DNA of 31,834 nucleotides from a bacterium. GTDB taxonomy: Bacteria > Krumholzibacteriota > Krumholzibacteriia > G020349025. The translations under genes were made by a program, and so were the position numbers. The DNA lies in assembly GCA_031362565.1 (NCBI GenBank), contig JANLSU010000096.1, positions 1-31,834 on the forward strand. Direction: 5' to 3'. A model generated the notes under the pieces. The model was given only the letters and a program-made list of their open reading frames with translations, did no database searches and was not told where the DNA came from. Position 1 is the stretch's first letter. The number at the start of each line of letters is the position of its first letter. Shown here one piece after another: positions 1 to 7,756 of the stretch.

Positions 1-1446
1 GTCAAAGTCGCGCCGTGCATCGCCGATGAGCGCCGGGTTGGAAAGCAGGTCGACGGCGGCACCGGCGAGAACTCGTGCGGCCACCATCATGCCCTTCTCA
101 CCGATCGAAGTGCCGGCGCACGCCACGATCTGCCAACTGTGGCCGGGGGCGCCGTTCGTGTAGCACGCGACGTTCAAACCGCTCGTCGGTACGGCCCAAC
201 TCACGTTGCCGACGTCCGTGGACGCCTTGATGAGCCACGGCTGATCGCTCAATGGAACGACCTTCGTGCTGAGCGGTTCGAACGGTGCGTCGGCAAGATC
301 GGCCTGCGTTTGGCGCGCGAACGAGCGTTCGCGTTCGTCGAATCTGGGACCGCCGATGCGGTCCAACTGGCGCTGCAGTAATTCGGACAACGGGCGGTTC
401 GGCAGGAGTTCGAAGCTGTCGCTCTCGATATGCTCGGTGACCGTCGTGCCGGTCATGAGGGTCGCGCCTTTGGCGATATCGCGGATGCGAGCCAGCATCT
501 TTTCGCCATCGGTGTGCGCGTCGGCGCGCAGGTAGTACCACACTTCCGCGGTCGGTGGCACGACGTTCGGCTGGCCGCCGCCATCGGTGATCACATAGTG
601 GATGCGCGCATCTTCCCTCAGGTGCTCGCGGAGGAAATTGGCGCCGACGTCCATGAGTTCGACCGCGTCGAGCGCACTCTTGCCGGCGTAGGGCGACATG
701 CTCGCATGCGCCGACACACCGTCGAAGTGGTACTTCACGGAAATGACGCATTTGCTGGTCGCGAAACTGACCTGGCTCTTGTCGCTCGGGTGCCAGTGCA
801 GAGCGGCATCCAAGTCGTCGAAGAGCCCCGCCCGCGCCATGTAGACCTTGCCGATGCCGGTCTCTTCCGCCGGTGTGCCGTAGAGGCGAATGGTGCCCGG
901 CAAGTGCGCCGCGTGCGCCGTCGTGTAAGCGGCGATGGCTGCGGCCGTACTGGCCACACCAAAGAGGGAGTGGCCGCAGGCATGTCCGGCGTCATTGTCA
1001 CTGTCGTCGCGTTTGCGTTTCTCGGAAACCGCTGCTTGGCTCGTACCGGGGAGCGCGTCGAACTCCGCCAGGATCCCGACGATCGGCCGGCCACTGCCGG
1101 CGGTCGCCACGAATGCGGTGGGCATGCCGGCAACGCCGCGCTCGATCTTGAAACCGTTGCGCTCGAGCATTGCGATCAGTTCGCCCGAGGCGCGCACTTC
1201 CTGAAGGCCGACTTCGGGGTGTGACCAAATCCGCTGCGTCACGGCGCGCAATGAGTCGACATTGGCAGCCACCCACTGATCCGAAATGGAATAAGGCGAC
1301 CGGGCTGCGGCCGGAGTGGCGGCGCGCGGTTTCGGTGCCGCCATGGCACCGGCCGACCACCCCGCCGTGACCAGCACAGCCAGAGCAACCGACGACCGGG
1401 ACACGGAGCGTGAATGGCGGCGACAAGGCGTGACGGTGCGGTGCAT
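1..1446 (-). CDS. M20-family amidohydrolase (AbgB-like), 3' end runs off the window
   Basis: Not in the ORF track because it has no stop in the window. Manual translation from ATG 1446 (preceded by GGGGGAG) gives a signal-peptide-like N-terminus, then WSHPEVGLQE, GMPTAFVA, GILAEFDALPG, GHACGHS, GSTDVGNVSW and PGHSWQ, which are typical AbgB/M20D motifs. Confidence 0.88.
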   Translation of the reverse strand, partial: MHRTVTPCRRHSRSVSRSSVALAVLVTAGWSAGAMAAPKPRAATPAAARSPYSISDQWVAANVDSLRAVTQRIWSHPEVGLQEVRASGELIAMLERNGFKIERGVAGMPTAFVATAGSGRPIVGILAEFDALPGTSQAAVSEKRKRDDSDNDAGHACGHSLFGVASTAAAIAAYTTAHAAHLPGTIRLYGTPAEETGIGKVYMARAGLFDDLDAALHWHPSDKSQVSFATSKCVISVKYHFDGVSAHASMSPYAGKSALDAVELMDVGANFLREHLREDARIHYVITDGGGQPNVVPPTAEVWYYLRADAHTDGEKMLARIRDIAKGATLMTGTTVTEHIESDSFELLPNRPLSELLQRQLDRIGGPRFDERERSFARQTQADLADAPFEPLSTKVVPLSDQPWLIKASTDVGNVSWAVPTSGLNVACYTNGAPGHSWQIVACAGTSIGEKGMMVAARVLAGAAVDLLSNPALIGDARRDFD

Positions 1447-1508
1447 GCGGCTCTCCCCCGAAGAAACCGCCGCACTCTAGCACGCCGCCGCGGCGCCAAG
1501 AAAGCGCT

Positions 1509-1796
1509 CTAAATGCGCCGGCCCTCGACATCGCAGCCGCAACTGATCGCCTGGTTGCGGCACACCGGACAACGCTCCATGTCGCACCCCGGCACGTGGA
1601 ATTCGCCCGGCAGGACCGCGCAGTCGTGACACGCCCGGATCTCCCCCGGCCGTCCAGAGCGCTCGCGTCCATACCGAATCCGTGGGTATTGGTGTCCGGC
1701 GATGATGTAGGTCGTCTCCGCTTGCGCGTTGCGAATCTTCTCGGGCCAGTCTTCGCTCATCTCGACGTCACGGTAGAAAACGAATCGCTTTTCCAT
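1509..1796 (-). CDS. Small Cys/His-rich hypothetical protein, probable zinc binder
   Basis: AGGAG ribosome-binding site before the ATG; C-terminal CHDC..H..GC..ERCPVC..Q..SCGC pattern. Confidence 0.75.
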   Translation of the reverse strand: MEKRFVFYRDVEMSEDWPEKIRNAQAETTYIIAGHQYPRIRYGRERSGRPGEIRACHDCAVLPGEFHVPGCDMERCPVCRNQAISCGCDVEGRRI

Positions 1797-1973
1797 GTGG
1801 CTTCTCCTTCGTCCAAAGCTGCGGCACCTCGGGCACTCATCCGGGCGAGGTGCGACGGCAATGACCGTTCCGGGCCGGCGAAGGCCGCGCCAGGCGCAGT
1901 GCGAACGGATTCGGAGGGGCCGATCGTCAACACGAAGGCGAGTGGAGTGTCGAGTCGGTGGACAGGACGGGTG

Positions 1974-2693
1974 CTAGACGCGCCGGGCGCGCACGAACAC
2001 CGATGTCGAGAGAAAGGGGATGGTGGTCGCCGCGCCCGCGAACACGGTGCGCCGGAGCGCCGCCGCCAGCCAGGCCGGCCGGGCTGCATCCATGGGCGCG
2101 GTCAAGTAGCGCGCCGACTCGACCTCGAACCCGGCGCGGCGCACGAGATCCACGATGCCCGGCCGCGTATAAATGCGCGCCCGCGCCCAGCGGCGATGCA
2201 GCGGTGCCGGCAGCCATGAGAAGAACGGCACGCGTTGCCAAGCCAGCAACGGCAACCGCGCCCCGTGGGTTTCGAAGATCCACCACTTGTTCGGCACCGA
2301 GAGAACGAGCGTCCCCCCCGGAGCTAGGATGCGATGGATTTCGCGCAGCGTCAGATCCTCGTCCTCGACATGCTCGAGCGTTTCGATGCTGAGAGCCGCA
2401 TCGAAGCTCGCGTCCGGAAAGGGCATCCGCCCGCCGTCGTACAGCACGGTGCGGCACGTTGCGCCCGGCGGGACGTGCGCCGCCAGGACCGCCAAGTGTT
2501 CGGCCACGACGTCGAGGCCTACGACCTCCTGGAAGCGGTCGAGGACCCGCACCGTCTGAGCGCCATTGCCGCAGCCCACGTCCAAGAGACGCCGCCCACG
2601 GAGCCCGCCCATCGCATCGATCAGTTCGATCCGGCGGCCGAGCACGAAGTCTCCATACGATGCGGGCTTTCCGAGCGACACTGCAGCGGTCAT
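1974..2693 (-). CDS. Class I SAM-dependent methyltransferase
   Basis: LLDVGCGNG motif I, MPFPDASFD, LEHV, ILAPGG. Start placed at ATG 2693 after GGGGAG. Confidence 0.9.
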   Translation of the reverse strand: MTAAVSLGKPASYGDFVLGRRIELIDAMGGLRGRRLLDVGCGNGAQTVRVLDRFQEVVGLDVVAEHLAVLAAHVPPGATCRTVLYDGGRMPFPDASFDAALSIETLEHVEDEDLTLREIHRILAPGGTLVLSVPNKWWIFETHGARLPLLAWQRVPFFSWLPAPLHRRWARARIYTRPGIVDLVRRAGFEVESARYLTAPMDAARPAWLAAALRRTVFAGAATTIPFLSTSVFVRARRV

Positions 2694-2867
2694 GCGGACT
2701 CCCCCTGCCTGAGGCTCCACTCTTTTGTTTTCAGAGCGGACCCGGCATCTCTAAGCTTACCGGCCTTGAACCCGAGCCGGGGACGCATTTGCTTGAGCGC
2801 GCCGTCTGCACTGAAGATCCACACCGAAGCCGGCGTTGCCGAAGACGGCTTCTTGCCGCCCCACCCG

Positions 2868-3692
2868 ATGCAGCCTGCGCCGCGCTCGTGGACGGGCGAC
2901 GTCCGTCATTTGGGACGGCTTGCCGATGCCACTCTCGGCAACACGCGTGACGTCTGGGTGTACTTGCCGCGCTCCTATGCGCGCGGCACCCGGCGCTACC
3001 CAGTCGCCTACTTTCACGATGGCCAAAACGTCTTCGACACGGCAACGGCGTTCGCCTCGGTCGAGTGGCAAGCGGACGAAACGCTCGAGCAGCTGGTTTC
3101 GCGCCACGAGATTCGCGAGGTCATCGCCGTTGCCGTGGGCAACACACCGCTGCGTATCGACGAATACACACCGGTCACCGATCCGCGCCAGGCGGGCGGC
3201 GGCCGTGCCGGTGACTACGTGCACTTCCTGGTGCACGAACTCAAGCCCCGGATCGACGCCGCGTTTCGTACCCGGCCCGGCCGCGCCGATACCGCCCTCA
3301 TCGGTTCGTCGCTCGGCGGGCTCGTGTCGCTGTACGCTGGAATTGCCGCGTCCGACGTCTTTGGACGCATCGGTGCACTGTCGCCGGTTTTCGACTGGGG
3401 AGGATACGACATCGAATGGCGCTACGCGACGGCGCCCCTGTCGCAGCTGCCGATGCGTCTTTGGATCGACATGGGGACCGCCGAGGATTCAGTCACAGTG
3501 CCTGGCGGCACGCTGTCGCGCTTGGTGCTCGATGTGCGCCGTTTTCGCGCCGTCGTCGAGCGCCGGGGCTACACCCCCGGCCTGACCCTGGACGGCGAAG
3601 AAACCACCGGCGCCCTCCACAACGAAGCCGCCTGGGCCGAACGCTTGCCGCGCGTGCTGCGCTTTCTATTTTCTAACATCCCGGGGCGATGA
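2868..3692 (+). CDS. Alpha/beta hydrolase, putative esterase (IroE/Fes-like)
   Basis: VWVYLP, YPVAYFHDGQNVF, nucleophile elbow GSSLGG, C-terminal HNEAAW. Start uncertain; the ORF-track extension to 2334 overlaps the methyltransferase on the opposite strand. Confidence 0.85.
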   Translation: MQPAPRSWTGDVRHLGRLADATLGNTRDVWVYLPRSYARGTRRYPVAYFHDGQNVFDTATAFASVEWQADETLEQLVSRHEIREVIAVAVGNTPLRIDEYTPVTDPRQAGGGRAGDYVHFLVHELKPRIDAAFRTRPGRADTALIGSSLGGLVSLYAGIAASDVFGRIGALSPVFDWGGYDIEWRYATAPLSQLPMRLWIDMGTAEDSVTVPGGTLSRLVLDVRRFRAVVERRGYTPGLTLDGEETTGALHNEAAWAERLPRVLRFLFSNIPGR

Positions 3693-3721
3693 CCCAAGGC
3701 GGGCCCGCGCCCTGGGGGGGC

Positions 3722-3785
3722 TGACCATTCGAATACGTCTTTTTGTTTGGTCATGACCATTCGAACAAACGCTTTAGAATGGTCA
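3722..3785. repeat. Two tandem 32-bp imperfect palindromes (TGACCATTCGAA-N8-TTnGwwTGGTCA)
   Basis: Unit 1 at 3722-3753 is TGACCATTCGAA tacgtctt TTTGTTTGGTCA. Unit 2 at 3754-3785 is TGACCATTCGAA caaacgct TTAGAATGGTCA, with arms 11/12 complementary. Confidence 0.85.
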
Positions 3786-3793
3786 TGGAGTGG

Positions 3794-3979
3794 CTAGGGC
3801 TTCGGCGGCTTCTTCGGCGTATTGTCGTCAACGGCGTGGTGCGCCGGATTTGATTGCCTCAGCAGCTCGACGCTGTCGCGAACCTGCTCGACTAGCCGCA
3901 TTTTTTCAGGCCAACTCAAATCCTTGCGGCTCCGCTGCCACTCGGCTTGGCGCTTCAACATTCCGTTATCACTACTCAT
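3794..3979 (-). CDS. Small helical protein coupled to the nucleotidyltransferase (putative TA-like partner)
   Basis: 61 aa; its start overlaps the stop of the upstream NTase gene by 8 bp; charged helical sequence (LSWPEKMRLVEQ). Confidence 0.65.
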   Translation of the reverse strand: MSSDNGMLKRQAEWQRSRKDLSWPEKMRLVEQVRDSVELLRQSNPAHHAVDDNTPKKPPKP

Positions 3980-4481
3980 TCAAGAATCTGCTTTCGAACT
4001 TGCCCCACGCCGCAGCTAGACCGTGTCGAGCGGCGAGCGTCGCGATCGCAGCGCGATTCGTACTCCCCGACTCGAGCAACGCCAAGATGCGGGTATGATC
4101 CTTGGCACGGCCAACACTCAAGGCGATGGCCGCGAGATAGTCCGCTGTGACAACCCGGAACGGCACGCCATCAAAATCCGCCGTTGCTGCATTCTCCATT
4201 GCTTCTTGGGTCAAAGCGTCGAAGGCCGGAATGAACTGCGTGGGCCAGGCTCCGACGCGAATCGCTTCGCCTTCAGCGTGCCAACCGCGGTCGGCGCAAA
4301 ACGCGTAGATTCCACCCAGGCTGTCGAGTCCGCTTACGCCCGGCACCGCTACCAACACATCCGCATCCAGCGTCGCGACTGGTTCCGTATACCGGATCTG
4401 CGCCGCGGCGCCGAACAAGGCGTAGTTGGTGATCACGCCTGCGCCTTGCATTTCGTTGAGCAGTTTCGCCAGCTCCTTCAT
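3972..4481 (-). CDS. Nucleotidyltransferase, DUF6036/AbiEii-like superfamily
   Basis: YALFGAAA..Y.EPVATLDADV matches G[GA].A...T.D.D; C-terminal GRAKD. Start at ATG 4481. Confidence 0.75.
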   Translation of the reverse strand: MKELAKLLNEMQGAGVITNYALFGAAAQIRYTEPVATLDADVLVAVPGVSGLDSLGGIYAFCADRGWHAEGEAIRVGAWPTQFIPAFDALTQEAMENAATADFDGVPFRVVTADYLAAIALSVGRAKDHTRILALLESGSTNRAAIATLAARHGLAAAWGKFESRFLNE

Positions 4482-4488
4482 AGTGCGT

Positions 4489-4518
4489 ATTACACCAGAT
4501 GAGGCGCGTTCTTGTGAA
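4489..4518 (-). promoter_or_regulatory. Putative sigma70 promoter giving a leaderless NTase transcript
   Basis: TTCACA (4518-4513), 18 nt, TGTAAT (4494-4489); the ATG lies 7 nt downstream with no Shine-Dalgarno. Confidence 0.45.
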
Positions 4519-4531
4519 GGCGCCTGGCGCC

Positions 4532-5683
4532 CTATGGAAGCGGCTCTCCCGGGACGAGGCGCGTCAAGAAGCGGTCCACAGGCATGCACTGAACTCCGTC
4601 GATCTCGAGTACATCACGACCTCGATACAACAGGCGAGTTGTCGACTCGGGGTAGTCTTCCTTGAAGGCTTGAAGGCCCCGGAGGTCTTGGGATCGAATC
4701 GTCGCGCTGTGCTTGACCTCGATCGCGTGGAAGGCCGTTGCACCATAGACAACGAAATCAACCTCGTTGCCGGACTTCGTCCGCCAGTAACAAAGGTCGA
4801 CGGCTGCTGCCGCATAGTCGATCCAGGCGCGCAAGTGTTGCGCCACCAATCCCTCCAACGCGGCGCCCGCGATCTCCGACGGTCGATCGAGAGGGCCCGC
4901 CGGACGCACGGATCGGAACACGCCGGCGTCGAACCAATAGAACTTCGGGTGGGATACCAAGTGTCGCCGGGCCCGCTTCGTGAACACCGGCAGACGGAAG
5001 GCGAGGAGAAGATCCTCGAGAATATTAACGTAGCCTTCCACGGTCTTGCGGCTCACCTGACAGTCCCGGGCAACATCCGTAACGTTCAAGACCGACGCAT
5101 GGGAGAAGCTGATGGCAGCAAGAAAGCGCGAGAAGGAGCCGATGTTACGAACCAGGCCCTCCATCTGAACTTCTTCTCGCACGTAGAGTGCGACGTAGGA
5201 TTTCAAGGTATCGGCGGGCCGCTTCGCGCCCCAGATGAGCGGAACCAAGCCTTGGATCAGTGCGCGCTCTAGATCCCAGCGCGCGCCCAGTTCCGCAGCC
5301 ATGAACGGGTGCATCGAACGCAAAACGGCACGGCCGGCAAGAAGATCGACCCCAGTCCTTTTGAGCTTGCGGGCGCTCGATCCAGTCAACACGAAACGCG
5401 GTGTCCGTCGTGCCTCAATCAGAGAGTGCACGACATCGAGGAGTTCGGGCGCCTTCTGGACTTCGTCGACGACGACGACCTTGGCGTCGCGATTGCCCGC
5501 AACGAGTTCCCGCAGCCGCTCCGGCCGGGCAACATAGGCACGGTGGACGTCCGGCTCCAAGAGATCGACGTGCAGACAGTCGCGGAAATTGGACTGCAGC
5601 CACGTCGACTTGCCGGTGCCGCGCGGTCCAAAAAGGAAAAAGTGGCCCGGAGGGGCTCGGAAGAAACGCCGCACTGTCGCCAT
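4532..5683 (-). CDS. AAA_14 ATPase with DUF4143 (wHTH plus PD-(D/E)xK nuclease-like) C-terminus
   Basis: Walker A GPRGTGKS, Walker B VVVVDEVQK, LTGSS, LAGR, PKFYWFDAG, YWRTKSGNEVDFV...AIEVK. Start at ATG 5683 after AAGGA. Confidence 0.92.
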   Translation of the reverse strand: MATVRRFFRAPPGHFFLFGPRGTGKSTWLQSNFRDCLHVDLLEPDVHRAYVARPERLRELVAGNRDAKVVVVDEVQKAPELLDVVHSLIEARRTPRFVLTGSSARKLKRTGVDLLAGRAVLRSMHPFMAAELGARWDLERALIQGLVPLIWGAKRPADTLKSYVALYVREEVQMEGLVRNIGSFSRFLAAISFSHASVLNVTDVARDCQVSRKTVEGYVNILEDLLLAFRLPVFTKRARRHLVSHPKFYWFDAGVFRSVRPAGPLDRPSEIAGAALEGLVAQHLRAWIDYAAAAVDLCYWRTKSGNEVDFVVYGATAFHAIEVKHSATIRSQDLRGLQAFKEDYPESTTRLLYRGRDVLEIDGVQCMPVDRFLTRLVPGEPLP

Positions 5684-5696
5684 AAATGCTTCCTTT

Positions 5697-5743
5697 TCGG
5701 CGGTAGTGTCGCCGATTTTACGCCGGGCGCCGGAGCCTGTCAA
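5697..5743 (-). promoter_or_regulatory. Near-consensus sigma70 promoter of the AAA gene with an overlapping palindromic operator
   Basis: TTGACA (5743-5738), 17 nt, TAAAAT (5720-5715). Inverted repeat TCGGCG-N7-CGCCGA at 5697-5715 covers the expected transcription start. Confidence 0.7.
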
Positions 5744-5765
5744 CCATCGCCGACGGCTGTTCCGA

Positions 5766-7646
5766 CTACTTCGGCGCGGGTTGCGCAGCGCGCACCTTGG
5801 CGGCGTACTCGGGCCAGCGCCCGACGACTTGGTTCCACACCGCGCTTGCGGAGTCCTCTTGACCGGCGAAGTGCAGGGTTTTGGCGAGTTCGTGCCGGAC
5901 GTCGGGGCGGTTGTCTTCCAGGTGGACTGCGGCACGGAGTTGCTCGGCCGATTCAGCGTAGCGCTGCTGCTTCCGGTAACACACCCCAAGGCCGAAACGT
6001 CCTTCCCAGCGCTCCGCATCGCGCTTGACGGCGCCTTCCAAGAATGGCAGCGCTTCGTCGATGCGATCGAGCGCCAGAAGATCGAGTCCGGCATTGATCC
6101 AAAACCGCACATTGCCACGCTCTGCGTCTAACGCCGCACGTGCAAAGGGTAACGCTTGGGCGGGAAGATCCCGCTGCCGGTAATACTGCTCGAGAAGGCT
6201 ATTGGCATAGGCGCGCCCTTGCGGCGAAACCCATGCCGGGTCGGTCGCGACCACCGCGAAGCGCTTGATACCAGCCGTTTCGTCGGCAGTGACGAGGACA
6301 AAACTGAAGAGTGCGCCGAGCGACAGCCCCGTCAGGCCGAGTGCGATTCCGCGCCGCGGCGCCTGCGATTCGCCCCACCGACCCAGTGCAATTCCCAGCA
6401 CCGCAGCGGGCAAGAGCAAGAGCGATGCAAGATCCCAATCCTGCGCCGGCGCGACTGGCGTCATCAAGATGGCGGCGATGCAAAACCCGGGCAGGGCCGC
6501 GAGCCCCAAGAAACGATCGCGCGGGGTGAGCCCCGCTCCGGTTCTTCGGTGACTGATCACAGAGCGCGCCATGAGCAGCACCGGTATCGGCATCGCGAGC
6601 AAGAGAGCATTCGCGACGTCCGCCGCGTGTCGCGGCGAAAAGAACCCATACGGGCGCTGGGCGATCCCCGCCGCCGCCACTCTCCGAAAGCCGCTCATCG
6701 CCGCGAGGAATGGGTGTGCCAATTGGGACGGTGAATAGGCCAGCAGCACCAACAGAAGCCCGGTCCCGGCGACCGGCACAGCACAGTAGAGGACACGGCG
6801 AACGGGTGACGCGGGTTCGCGCCACGACAAATAGGCAAACGATGGGATCAAGTACAGCGCGCTGAAGTGTCCCGCGATGACGATGGGAAGCCAGAGAGCC
6901 ACGAGCCATGGCGAGTCGAGTCCGTCGAGGCGTCGAAGTGCGAGCCACAAGTAGACAAGAACGAGGACACTCGCCACCGGGTAGCTCTCGATGTAGCCGA
7001 AGTAGAGCTGCGACATCCCGAGCGTCAGCAGCAGCGCAAACGGGATGCGCCATTCCCTGCCACGGGCCGTCAGGCGGCATGCGATGCCTGCCATGAGCGC
7101 CGCCGCACAAAGACCGCACAGGATTGAGAGCGTCGATATGGCGGTCGCGCTCCCCGACACGCCCGCCGCGTTCAGGAGCCGGGCATACCCATGCCAGACC
7201 CAGGCCGACAAGGGTTCGTTGTCGCTCGCATAGCCCGGCGAGGTCACCCTCGCCAGCCAAATCGTTCCATCGCCGAGGAAATACGTGCGGGCCCGGAGCA
7301 CCCAAAGCAAAGCGGCAAGTGGCACAAGGCCGAGAAGGAACATCCAAGTCTGCCGCCGGCCGGCGTCGGCCGTGGACGCTTCGCGGCTCGCAATCGCCAC
7401 GGACTGAGTACGCCGCACTGCGGTCGCCGCAATCAGCGCCGCGCTCGCAACGAGAAGTGAAAGCACCAGGAAGCGCAGCGGCGCCGGCAGGAATCCGGAA
7501 AGATGAATCCCCCAGGTTCCGGGGCTCGGGTGCAACGATGCAAAGAGAACAAGGCCCGCGAAGCCGACAGCTCCGAAGGCCAGTACCATGTTCCCGGCGG
7601 CAGGCGGCGGGGTCTTCGTCGGCGTCGTTCGGGTTTTCAGGAACAC
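5766..7646 (-). CDS. Polytopic membrane protein with C-terminal TPR repeats (GT-C/TMTC-like architecture)
   Basis: More than 10 hydrophobic segments, motifs FLGDG, FGYIESY and QDWDL, then TPR helices. Start uncertain (7646 or 7589). Confidence 0.8.
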   Translation of the reverse strand: MFLKTRTTPTKTPPPAAGNMVLAFGAVGFAGLVLFASLHPSPGTWGIHLSGFLPAPLRFLVLSLLVASAALIAATAVRRTQSVAIASREASTADAGRRQTWMFLLGLVPLAALLWVLRARTYFLGDGTIWLARVTSPGYASDNEPLSAWVWHGYARLLNAAGVSGSATAISTLSILCGLCAAALMAGIACRLTARGREWRIPFALLLTLGMSQLYFGYIESYPVASVLVLVYLWLALRRLDGLDSPWLVALWLPIVIAGHFSALYLIPSFAYLSWREPASPVRRVLYCAVPVAGTGLLLVLLAYSPSQLAHPFLAAMSGFRRVAAAGIAQRPYGFFSPRHAADVANALLLAMPIPVLLMARSVISHRRTGAGLTPRDRFLGLAALPGFCIAAILMTPVAPAQDWDLASLLLLPAAVLGIALGRWGESQAPRRGIALGLTGLSLGALFSFVLVTADETAGIKRFAVVATDPAWVSPQGRAYANSLLEQYYRQRDLPAQALPFARAALDAERGNVRFWINAGLDLLALDRIDEALPFLEGAVKRDAERWEGRFGLGVCYRKQQRYAESAEQLRAAVHLEDNRPDVRHELAKTLHFAGQEDSASAVWNQVVGRWPEYAAKVRAAQPAPK

Positions 7647-7686
7647 CCACCTCCCAATCCCGGAACGCTATCACATGCACGAATCG

Positions 7687-7750
7687 GCGAGTTTTCTGGA
7701 CCGTGGTCAAGAAAACACGCGAGTTTTTTGGACTGGGGTCGAAAAAAAGA
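7687..7750. repeat. Two tandem 32-bp imperfect palindromes (GCGAGTTTTYTGGACY..GGTCRARAAAA)
   Basis: Unit 1 at 7687-7718 is gcgaGTTTTCTGGACCgtGGTCAAGAAAACac, arms 11/12 complementary. Unit 2 at 7719-7750 is gcgagttttttggactggggtcgaaaaaaaga. Confidence 0.85.
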
Positions 7751-7756
7751 GGGCCG

